A stretch of DNA of 36,948 nucleotides from IMG/VR virus record IMGVR_UViG_2778261353_000005. One strand, written 5' to 3'. Below are positions 1 through 8,240 of the stretch, in pieces. The stretch's first letter is position 1; each line of letters opens with the position of its first letter. This DNA comes from a virus. Lineage: Duplodnaviria; Heunggongvirae; Uroviricota; Caudoviricetes. The notes beneath the pieces are model-generated. The model saw nothing but the letters and a program-made list of their open reading frames with translations, made no database searches and was not told the DNA's origin. Made by a program: the position numbers and the translations under genes.

Positions 1-996
1 TTAACGAACCAGCCAGACCAGCATCAGGATAATCGCGACTAACAGTATCCACAGCGCGGGACGCGTTGCCATATTTTGCAACGTGTCCATCATCGGTGGA
101 AAAGGATTAAGCAGCGGTTGCATATCACGCGGATCAATCCCTTTAACCCGCCGTTGATAAAGCTGATTAAGAATATCCTCGGCCTGGGCAGAAGAAAGCG
201 ATGATTGCGCAGAAAGGCCATATTTTTGCTGGATATATGCCGATAACGCCGCCAGTTCACTGGCATCTAAAGGTTGTTTTAGCGCCATCTGTAGTGATTC
301 CAGCGTCGGCGTATTTTGCTGGCTTAGCGTCTGACGCGCCTGTAGCCAGGTCACCAGATGGTTAAACAGTTTCGCTGGAATTAACTCGCCATCTTTCACC
401 CCGGAAAGTTCCAGCATCGATTGCCAGATCTGTTTGCTGGGTTCCCCCGTTGCCGCCGCAAGTTTGGTCACCAGCTGTTTTAGCGCATTGTGCTCCGCCG
501 GTAATAAAGGACGGTCGGTCGCCTCGCGCTGCTGCGGTTGCGGAATAACCATCTTCCCTTCCTGCAACAGGGTGAGAATGGTTTTTAATTGCTCCGGTGA
601 GAGCTGATTCAGCGGCGTCTGACCAAAGTTATGACGGATATAATCCGTGACCGCCTGACGATTATTCCCCAGACGTAAATACTCCCCTAATTGCGCTAAA
701 AGCTGGCGGGCAGAATGGCTTTTTTGCGCGGCCAGCAGACGTTGCGCCAGATTATGCTCAGCGGCAGGGAAGTGACGCGAAAGCAGCGGTGAATCTCCCG
801 ACAGACCAATATCGTGCCTGATACCCGCCCACAGTTCTGCTCTTTGCTGTTGCGTCAGTGAGGTCACTTTCGTCATTAAGCTTTCCAGCGAAGTACGTTG
901 CTGACTGGATAAAGGCTGATTGCCCGCGCCAGACGGCAGGTTATCTCCCTGACCTGGTGGTTGCCCAGGAGGAGGGCCGGAAATAGGTTGTATCAT
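1..996 (-). CDS. flk: Flagellar regulator Flk (chromosomal, C-terminal membrane anchor)
   Basis: 331-aa ORF; N-terminus MIQPISGPPPGQPPGQ, Q/L-rich body and C-terminal hydrophobic anchor match my recollection of E. coli Flk; not search-confirmed. Confidence 0.7.
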   Translation of the reverse strand: MIQPISGPPPGQPPGQGDNLPSGAGNQPLSSQQRTSLESLMTKVTSLTQQQRAELWAGIRHDIGLSGDSPLLSRHFPAAEHNLAQRLLAAQKSHSARQLLAQLGEYLRLGNNRQAVTDYIRHNFGQTPLNQLSPEQLKTILTLLQEGKMVIPQPQQREATDRPLLPAEHNALKQLVTKLAAATGEPSKQIWQSMLELSGVKDGELIPAKLFNHLVTWLQARQTLSQQNTPTLESLQMALKQPLDASELAALSAYIQQKYGLSAQSSLSSAQAEDILNQLYQRRVKGIDPRDMQPLLNPFPPMMDTLQNMATRPALWILLVAIILMLVWLVR

Positions 997-1192
997 TACG
1001 TATCCTTATACCTGAAATCTTCGCAAGTATGCCTGGCCGCGAGATTATGGCACACTTGTCCGGTTAACTCTCGTCTCATACAGGTAACACAAACGTGAAA
1101 ATCCTTGTTGATGAAAAAAATGATGATTTAATTTATTGATATAAAAGGATTTATATCAGCACGTGTCCACGTAGTGACCACATTTTCGAGTT

Positions 1193-1236
1193 ACAGATAA
1201 CACAAAGCCCGTTTTCACGGGCTTTGTGTTATCTGT
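1193..1236. repeat. 18-bp perfect inverted repeat with 8-nt loop, between flk promoter region and the upstream operon
   Basis: acagataacacaaagccc / gggctttgtgttatctgt arms read directly; no flanking U-tract on either strand. Confidence 0.6.
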
Positions 1237-1263
1237 GATTGTGGCTAAGCCACATGATTTATG

Positions 1264-2157
1264 CTATTTCCAGTTACAAGCAGCTTGAAGTGGTTTTAGC
1301 GCGTTTGACAGGCCGTTTAAATTGAAAGTTGCACTTACAGGGCTCTCATTATAAGGAGTTATTTTTGTATACATTTTGTTTGAGTTGGCTAGTTTTCGGA
1401 TGAAATCAATGTCATTACCTTTATAAAAAACAGCCTTTGTATCTGTAGATACTAGCCAGTTTCGCTCAACTGCTTTCTGTTTATCAAGACGATAAAGCAT
1501 GCTGGTTTGTTCAAGGCCTAAATATACATCCCAACTAAGAAATACTTCGGTTTTCTTTTCTCGGCAAGCTATAAACAGAGTGGGAGTAACCGCTTCTCCA
1601 AATGGAGTTCTGATATAATCATCACTTTCTAACGATAAAATTACATTTTTCGAATCATCAATTGGCGATGTAGTAATGGATGTGTGCCATTTTCCTACAT
1701 CTGTGGCTTTCTCTAATTTTGATTCAGCTTGAACAGCTTTATCCTGTGGGAATAGTTTATCGTAGCAGTTTAGTCTGGCTTCTTTATCATTTTCTGCTCG
1801 GCATTTAGATATCTCAGAAAGATTTGGTTGCTGAGCCTCTGTTGTTACTGGCTTTTCCGTTTTAGATTTTGAGTTTACAGATGGAGTAAATGTTGGAGAA
1901 AAAAAACGATCATAACAAGATAAACGTCTGTCATCATCTTTCTCATCAGGGCATTGATCTCTGCTTTCGAATTTTTCAGCAACTTTCGTTCGAGTCGGTT
2001 GTATTGACTTATCGTAACAAGAAAGTCTGTCTTTATTATTTTCTATTGCTCGGCACTGGAGTACTGCATTGAAGTTATTATGTTCAGTTGCTGCGTGAAC
2101 AGGCAGTACACTAATTGATATAAATGATGCACCTATAGAAAAAATTATATTTTTCAT
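1264..2157 (-). CDS. Secreted protein with three Cys-containing repeats (C-x7-9-RLxCYD) and a ~150-aa C-terminal domain; function unknown
   Basis: 297-aa ORF; signal-peptide-like N-terminus ending VHA; repeats around RLSCYDK, RLSCYDR, RLNCYDK; AT-rich codon usage. Confidence 0.7.
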   Translation of the reverse strand: MKNIIFSIGASFISISVLPVHAATEHNNFNAVLQCRAIENNKDRLSCYDKSIQPTRTKVAEKFESRDQCPDEKDDDRRLSCYDRFFSPTFTPSVNSKSKTEKPVTTEAQQPNLSEISKCRAENDKEARLNCYDKLFPQDKAVQAESKLEKATDVGKWHTSITTSPIDDSKNVILSLESDDYIRTPFGEAVTPTLFIACREKKTEVFLSWDVYLGLEQTSMLYRLDKQKAVERNWLVSTDTKAVFYKGNDIDFIRKLANSNKMYTKITPYNESPVSATFNLNGLSNALKPLQAACNWK

Positions 2158-2161
2158 TTTG

Positions 2162-2494
2162 TTATCCTTTTGGTTTAGTAAGAAATACTAAAATTCCGAT
2201 AATGATATCGCCAATAACCCATAAACTTCCAATGGTAATTAAACCTAAGCCTGTACCAATAACTGCACCGGCTTTTTCGGCATCGGATGTAGCATTATTT
2301 ATTATTTCACTAGTGCCTCCCAGTCCAACTAAAAGCGTATAGATCATAAAAATATTAAATAATATAAATATCCACTTAATGAGCTTTCCAAAAAATGAAC
2401 GCTTAAGTTTTTTTATTTGTTTACCGCAAGCAGGGCAATACAATGCTGAATCGCTCACCTCTTTCTGGCATTCAGGACATTTGATTAATGCCAT
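2162..2494 (-). CDS. Zinc-ribbon (CPxC...CPxCG) membrane protein, likely co-transcribed with 1264..2157
   Basis: 110-aa ORF; N-terminal CPECQ-x11-CPACG then hydrophobic helices; stop 4 nt before downstream gene start. Confidence 0.65.
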   Translation of the reverse strand: MALIKCPECQKEVSDSALYCPACGKQIKKLKRSFFGKLIKWIFILFNIFMIYTLLVGLGGTSEIINNATSDAEKAGAVIGTGLGLITIGSLWVIGDIIIGILVFLTKPKG

Positions 2495-2755
2495 GTAATC
2501 CGCCTCCTTTGGATCAATACGAGTTGATATTTGTTACAAAACATTTTGATTTTATCAGATTTTTTTTTATTGATAAGTGTCAATTGATTAGCTGGTATAG
2601 AGTGAGACATATAGAAGGGCAGATCTGTATCAGTAGTGATGCAAAAATCCCACAGTTTCATGGAATTTTTGCATTTAGAGCCGTGAGATAGGGTGCCTTA
2701 TCGACCTTACCCTGGCAACCGATTGACGGGGGATTACTCCCCCGTCGCGGTTTCC

Positions 2756-2896
2756 TTACTGCTTACACTGTAAGAACGCCGCAAACTCCGCTCCCCAGAA
2801 ACTCATCCGTATTTCGCACAGCGAACCGTGCAACATCCAGATGATGAGGATTACCGTCACGCAGAACGTGATGGCTGTAAGCGATTTTTGCGACAT
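2756..2896 (-). CDS. Hok/Gef-family type I toxin-like small membrane peptide (46 aa)
   Basis: Hand-translated (below ORF-track size cut-off): MSQKSLTAITFCVTVILIIWMLHGSLCEIRMSFWGAEFAAFLQCKQ; AAGGAG 8 nt upstream; TM helix then SLCEIR...AAFLxCK as in Hok proteins; GC hairpin at about 2725..2746. Confidence 0.55.
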   Translation of the reverse strand: MSQKSLTAITFCVTVILIIWMLHGSLCEIRMSFWGAEFAAFLQCKQ

Positions 2897-3086
2897 AGCA
2901 CTTGCTCCTTTTCCGGAGAGGCGCTAACCTTTCACTTGCTTAGGGTAGACGGTTAGGGCCTCGGTTAAACAAAAGTGTTTTCCGGGGCCTTTCCACATCT
3001 GGCCTTCGGGTATTCCCTCCGACCATCAGCCGAAAGGCACCCGCGCGTAATCTATCGCTTTTTTGTTACTCCGGCAATTCTGCTTG

Positions 3087-3347
3087 TTAATTCTGAGGTA
3101 AAGGCAAACTCATCTGATTGTTTCCCCTGTGTGAAGCTGGTAGCTCATGCCACGGGATACCTTCTGAAGAGTGAACGCCGGAGGCGTGTTTCGATGTGAA
3201 TTTATGGAAAGCTTCCAGTGTTGAGAAGCATACGCCGCATTCCAGATTGTTACACTGGTAATACTTTTGCCGCACGGTGTTTGAATCATTTTCCGGACGA
3301 CTTGTGCGGATACGGGCAGATGCGCCACAAAGCGGACAACGGAACAT
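3087..3347 (-). CDS. ogr: Ogr/Delta-family zinc-finger late transcription activator
   Basis: 86 aa; MFRCPLCG...YYQCNNLECG gives C-x2-C-x22-C-x4-C as in P2 Ogr. Confidence 0.85.
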   Translation of the reverse strand: MFRCPLCGASARIRTSRPENDSNTVRQKYYQCNNLECGVCFSTLEAFHKFTSKHASGVHSSEGIPWHELPASHRGNNQMSLPLPQN

Positions 3348-3538
3348 AGCGACCTCCCTTAACGTGGTGTTGCCGCTATTCTAGATTGTACGATCCCTAA
3401 TTCCAACTAACAGCTCGCTCTGTGCGAAGAGTGAAAATTGAACTTTCAATAGTTGTTGAACTTCCATACATCCAATGTGAAAATTCATACGTTCATAATA
3501 GTTAAAATTTAAAATATTGTATATCAGGTGAATAAAGC

Positions 3539-4561
3539 ATGGGAAGAGATATAACGCTGTACCCTAAAAAAGCAACTAGAAACGAACTTAAAAATTACCT
3601 TGAAAATTTAGGTTTTAAAAGGTGTAAACATTTGTGGGAATGGCCCCAAGGAACGTTGAATTACTCTTGGTTTGATGATACGGACTTCAAATCTACAGAT
3701 GGAGTTTCGGCTGATATATATCCTGTTTCAAATGACGAATTACACATATCTGGTAATAAATGGGCATTGCATGTGCGTAATTTATATAGCGCTAGTTGGC
3801 ATGATGTAAAAATGCTTAATGATGTTCTAAAAGGCGCAAGGAGTCTTTTTGGTGGAACACTTATAGGTGATTATGGGAAAAATAGGTACGCTCCTCTATG
3901 GAAGGATTCTAGTAGTCCGATCAGTCGTGGCATTTCTTCAATATTTAATCATGTCCATCATGAGATTTCCGCTGTTAAACATGCCTTACCTGAACCTTCT
4001 ATTAAATTAAACCTACCGGAAGATGGCGGTTTATCCGAATACTTTGATTACATGCAATGTATGGATCCCAGTAGAGTTATATATAATGGATTAGTACCTT
4101 TTGCGGTTGCTATGTTTGAATACTTTTTCTCTAGAGCTTTTCAAATACTTATAAAGTACGATCCTTTCGCAATAGCAAAAAGAACATCGTATAAGCAAAA
4201 AGTTGATTTTGATATTCTGCTTGAGATAGAGAAAGGAAATATTTCAATAGAAAGTGTTATTGCAAGAAATTACACTTTTCAAAACTTAACCCACCTAAAC
4301 AAAGCATATAAAGAGTGGCTGGATATAGATGTGAGAGCGATTCTTTATAAGAAAAAAAGAATTGGAAAATCAGTTGATTTTCTTGAGAATCGAATTTCTG
4401 AAATCATACAATATAGACATGGGATAGTTCATCACTTTGAGTTGGATAGGACCTTAAATCGGGATGGATATATTCATATATTAGATGCGATAGAAAAAAG
4501 CATAATTGAATTTATCCATTACATAGAAGGCAAATACAAATTTAAATTAAATGCGTATTAA
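3539..4561 (+). CDS. AT-rich accessory (moron) gene, function unknown; possible HEPN-like C-terminal Rx4H motif
   Basis: 340-aa ORF of clearly lower GC than flanks, opposite strand to D and ogr; C-terminal ...ENRISEIIQYRHGIVHH... Confidence 0.7.
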   Translation: MGRDITLYPKKATRNELKNYLENLGFKRCKHLWEWPQGTLNYSWFDDTDFKSTDGVSADIYPVSNDELHISGNKWALHVRNLYSASWHDVKMLNDVLKGARSLFGGTLIGDYGKNRYAPLWKDSSSPISRGISSIFNHVHHEISAVKHALPEPSIKLNLPEDGGLSEYFDYMQCMDPSRVIYNGLVPFAVAMFEYFFSRAFQILIKYDPFAIAKRTSYKQKVDFDILLEIEKGNISIESVIARNYTFQNLTHLNKAYKEWLDIDVRAILYKKKRIGKSVDFLENRISEIIQYRHGIVHHFELDRTLNRDGYIHILDAIEKSIIEFIHYIEGKYKFKLNAY

Positions 4562-4589
4562 GCAATCAACCTTACATAGGGATGACAAA

Positions 4590-4627
4590 GTCCGCTTCTG
4601 ACACGGAGCGGACCGTCGTTTATGTTT
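4590..4627 (+). terminator. Putative intrinsic terminator after the AT-rich gene
   Basis: gtccgc...gcggac stem followed by T-rich cgtcgtttatgttt. Confidence 0.4.
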
Positions 4628-4681
4628 AATTCTATACTGTAAACTTGCCAGTTTAAGTTTGAGCTAATATGTCTAAGTTGC

Positions 4682-5791
4682 TCACTCTGTTTCTGCTATC
4701 CATTCCGGGATTTTTGCCTCAAGCTCAAGCTGTGTGGTAAAGCCGCTGTTATCAATGGTGTGCTCGGCTTTCGCAATAATCCAGTCCTGATTATCAATCT
4801 CGCTTTTAAATCCTGTTACCGTGCCATGCATTTCGGGGTAGAGTTCTGCACGTCCACGCACCAGCGTGATGGAAAATAATGCGGCTCCGCGTTGTAGCTG
4901 CTGCCACTTTGCCGCCGCTGCGCGTCTTGCTGCCTGCTCGTTCTGATAAGTCTTGCGTAACACAAACACATTGCCTTCCGCGCCTTCCATATAATCACCT
5001 TCACGGCTGCTGCTTTTCTCCTTTTTGGGTTTTGGCGGTTTGCGGCGTTTCACGCTGACTTTTTTCTTTTTCCCGTAATTAAGATCAAGCCAGTAAGCGC
5101 GTACCCCCGTATACGCCTCGCGGTCAGCAATGCGGAACTGATGGCGATCGCCGCTGCTGCGTGTGATGGCGAACGATGGCAACGGCTGGCCCTGTGCGTT
5201 CACGCCACCGCCGGGCATGATGAATAACAGATTACCGCTTTTTACCGTGGTGATTGCGCCCAGCATTTCCGCCATGCGCGTAAGGAAGGACATGTCGCTT
5301 TCTTCAGTCTGGTCGGCGTGGTCGATTTCGATATCCATCAGCATTTCGCTGATTTGCGGTTTCAGGCTGTACCGATGAGCGATGGCGGATACCACACGTT
5401 CAACGGTCACATCATGCCAGGACGCCTCACGTTTAACATTAAATTCATCCCGAAAATCTGCGCTTCTGGCTGAAACAGTCAGCCTGTCCGGCGGTCCTTC
5501 GTGAGCGATTTCATCAACAATGTAAGTGCCTTTTTCTGTCAGCGGTTCCCCTTTCCAGCCAATGAGAACCGTCAGGCGCGCGCCCCGTGGCGGTAGCTGC
5601 AACTGACCATCCGCATCATCCAGCGTGATGGTGAGCTGGTCCGCTTCAAATCCCCGGTTGTCGGTCAGTGACAGGCTCATCAGGCGCTCTGCCACGCCTG
5701 ACAGCGTTTTACCCTCCGCGAGAATATCAAAATCCGGCATTTTCACGGGGTCTGTGCCCTGACTGAGCAATTGCATGGTGGTATCGGTCAT
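4682..5791 (-). CDS. D: Late control / tail protein D
   Basis: Start placed at MTDTTMQLL; the ORF-track N-terminal 44 aa are R/S/P/T-rich and look non-coding; family assignment by recollection of P2 gpD. Confidence 0.8.
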   Translation of the reverse strand: MTDTTMQLLSQGTDPVKMPDFDILAEGKTLSGVAERLMSLSLTDNRGFEADQLTITLDDADGQLQLPPRGARLTVLIGWKGEPLTEKGTYIVDEIAHEGPPDRLTVSARSADFRDEFNVKREASWHDVTVERVVSAIAHRYSLKPQISEMLMDIEIDHADQTEESDMSFLTRMAEMLGAITTVKSGNLLFIMPGGGVNAQGQPLPSFAITRSSGDRHQFRIADREAYTGVRAYWLDLNYGKKKKVSVKRRKPPKPKKEKSSSREGDYMEGAEGNVFVLRKTYQNEQAARRAAAAKWQQLQRGAALFSITLVRGRAELYPEMHGTVTGFKSEIDNQDWIIAKAEHTIDNSGFTTQLELEAKIPEWIAETE

Positions 5792-5948
5792 CTGTTCCCT
5801 CCCTGTGCGGCATGGTCGCATGTGCGTGCGGAGGGGGTTACTGCTTTTTGTTGTCGCCGTGGCGGGAGAACGGCGCAGGGGTGAGATTACGCGCGTGGTG
5901 GGTGATGATTGTTGCCGAATCATTTAACGGATACAAGGGGCTGAAGCT

Positions 5949-7133
5949 ATGAGTGAAACTCGTTTTCATGGTGCCCGTGTTACGGAAAATACCGACCTGG
6001 TAACAGCGATTAACGATGTTGATTCCAGCGTTATCGGTATCGTGGCAACGGCGGATGATGCGGACGCGAAGCTGTTCCCGCTGAACAAGCCCACACTGCT
6101 GACCCGCGTCAATGACGTGCTGGGAAAATGCGGGACAACGGGGACGCTTTATCGTGCGCTTAAGGCCATCGCAGACCAGGTGAGCACAAAGGTGATCGTC
6201 GTTCGCGTGGCTGAACACAAAGAAGAAGACGGAAAGACGCAGGATCAACTGGTTATCGGTGGTTCTGAGGATGACGGCAGCTATACGGGGATGTATGCGC
6301 TGCTTGTTGCAGAGCAGGATGAAAGCATCGGATACCGTCCGCGTATTCTGGCCGCGCCGGAGCTGGACACGGAGGCTGTAACAAAATCCCTGTGCGTGAT
6401 TGCAGGTAAACTGCGCGCGTTTGTGTATGCCTCATGTCACGGCTGTAACACGATGGCTGAGGCGATTACCTACCGCCAGAAATTCAACGAACGTGAGGTG
6501 ATGCTCTTATGGCCGGACTTCATCGCCTACAACCCGAAAAGTGGCAAAAACGAAACGTTCCCCGCGTCTGCCTATGCGTGCGGCCTTCGTGCGTACATTG
6601 ACCATGAGCAGGGATGGCACAAATCACTGTCCAACGTTCCGGTTAAAAATGTGCTGGGGATGTCGAGGCATGTGTTCTGGTCGTTGCAGGCCGAAGACAG
6701 CGATGCCAACAGCCTCAACAACAAAGAAATCACGACCATTATTCGTCGCAACGGGTTCCGCTTCTGGGGCAACCGCACACCGGAAACGAACGCCTACATC
6801 TTTGAGGTGTATACCCGAACCGCACAGGTGCTGGCTGATTCAATTGCGGAAGCGCAGTTTGAAACCATCGACAGTCCACTGACGCCTGCGAACGTGAAGG
6901 ATGTTATCAGTGCCATCAGGGCAAAACTGGATTCACTGGTGACTGCCGGGAAACTGATTGGCGCGTCGTGCTGGTATGACGTGGTGGATAACAGCACCAC
7001 GGATTTACGTCAGGGGCGTGTGCGTATTCGCTACAAATATACGCCAGTTCCTCCGCTGGAAGATATGGAGCTTTACCAGACGTTTACTGATGAATACTTT
7101 GATCCCGCATTTGCGGTGCTGGGAGGTGTCTGA
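5949..7133 (+). CDS. FI: Contractile tail sheath protein
   Basis: 394 aa; conserved blocks FPLNKP, LRAF, WPDF, DHEQGWHK, IRRNGFRFWGNRT, YTPVPPLE as in P2 FI. Confidence 0.9.
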   Translation: MSETRFHGARVTENTDLVTAINDVDSSVIGIVATADDADAKLFPLNKPTLLTRVNDVLGKCGTTGTLYRALKAIADQVSTKVIVVRVAEHKEEDGKTQDQLVIGGSEDDGSYTGMYALLVAEQDESIGYRPRILAAPELDTEAVTKSLCVIAGKLRAFVYASCHGCNTMAEAITYRQKFNEREVMLLWPDFIAYNPKSGKNETFPASAYACGLRAYIDHEQGWHKSLSNVPVKNVLGMSRHVFWSLQAEDSDANSLNNKEITTIIRRNGFRFWGNRTPETNAYIFEVYTRTAQVLADSIAEAQFETIDSPLTPANVKDVISAIRAKLDSLVTAGKLIGASCWYDVVDNSTTDLRQGRVRIRYKYTPVPPLEDMELYQTFTDEYFDPAFAVLGGV

Positions 7134-7645
7134 TGGCTGTACCAAAACATCTTCGCTTTTTTACGCTGTTTGTGAATGGTGAAAACGAAGTGGGTAAGGT
7201 GACGTCCGTCACTCCACCTAAACTGACGCGCAAAACTGAAAGCTATCGTGGCGGTGGCATGATGGGGGCGGTGAGTATCGACCTCGGTCTTGACGACTCC
7301 GCGCTTGATGCGAGTTTTGTCATGGGGGGCGCAGTTCGTGAGCTGTTCCTTAAATATGGCGGCACGATTGACGGCACGTTGCTGCGTTTTGCGGGTGAAT
7401 ACTACACTGATGCAGAAAGCGATCTGTATGAAATCGAGATGCGCGGGCGTGTGACGGAAATTGATATGGGGGAAGCCAAACAGGGCGAAGCCACATCACA
7501 CACTTATGCTGTCAAAAACACCTACTACAAGCTGAGCGTTAACGATCGTCCGCTGTGGGAAATCGACCTGCTGAACCACATCTACCGGAAGGACGGCAAG
7601 GACATCGTGCCTGATCGCATCCGTTCCGCGCTTGGGCTTGGCTGA
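7133..7645 (+). CDS. FII: Tail tube protein
   Basis: 170 aa; ATG overlaps FI stop; position and size as P2 FII. Confidence 0.85.
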   Translation: MAVPKHLRFFTLFVNGENEVGKVTSVTPPKLTRKTESYRGGGMMGAVSIDLGLDDSALDASFVMGGAVRELFLKYGGTIDGTLLRFAGEYYTDAESDLYEIEMRGRVTEIDMGEAKQGEATSHTYAVKNTYYKLSVNDRPLWEIDLLNHIYRKDGKDIVPDRIRSALGLG

Positions 7646-7701
7646 TAAGTAATATGCAGGCGGCGCAGTGCGTCGCCTCTGACTGAAAAAGGAGACAACT
7701 G

Positions 7702-8076
7702 ATGCAAAACATCAATACTGAAACCCAGAATAACGCCGTGGCGGATGATGTGACGGCAGGTGAGGATATGGCTGTCGAACGTGGCGTAAAACTGGCCCGA
7801 CCAATTGAGCGCGGTGGCGAAAAAATCACGTATGTGGAAATTACCGGGGCTATTGAGCAGGCTGGATCTCTGCGTGGTCTGTCGCTTTCTGATGTGCTGA
7901 ATCTGAAAGCGGATACCATGTTCACGCTGTTGCCTCGCGTGACCTCGCCACGACTGGATGAAGTGATGATTAAAAAAATGTCGTCACGCGATTTTATTCA
8001 GTTGTGCGCTGTGGCTGTAAATTTTATGAGCGAGCCAGACTCTGGCGCGAAGAGCGTGCAGGAGACGGCAGCGTAA
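7702..8076 (+). CDS. E: Tail assembly chaperone E
   Basis: AGGAG 7 nt upstream of ATG; SLRGLSLSDVL...LLPRVTSP resembles P2 gpE. Confidence 0.8.
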   Translation: MQNINTETQNNAVADDVTAGEDMAVERGVKLARPIERGGEKITYVEITGAIEQAGSLRGLSLSDVLNLKADTMFTLLPRVTSPRLDEVMIKKMSSRDFIQLCAVAVNFMSEPDSGAKSVQETAA

Positions 8077-8240
8077 TCACCCTGGTGTGCTTTGAGCACA
8101 TCGAAGATCTGGTGGCGGATATTGCCGCCATTTTTAACTGGTCGCCCGCCGAAATCTTCATGATGACGCCCGGCGAAGTGGTTAGCTGGCGTGAGCGGGC
8201 GGCACTTCGCAGCGGGAATGCAGACAATGAAGACTCTTGA
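7702..8240 (+). CDS. E': E+E' fusion by programmed -1 ribosomal frameshift
   Basis: -1 frame ORF (8004..8240) overlaps the E 3' end; slippery heptamer A_AAT_TTT at 8019..8025 in the E zero frame. Confidence 0.7.

Noticed and set aside
2495-3086. tRNA gene or att core at the prophage left junction
   Set aside because: No cloverleaf-compatible sequence seen; attL is outside the window so no direct-repeat comparison is possible
4682-5923. Full 413-aa version of gene D from the ORF track
   Set aside because: First 44 residues are R/S/P/T-rich and would leave almost no promoter space before FI; start moved to MTDTTMQLL
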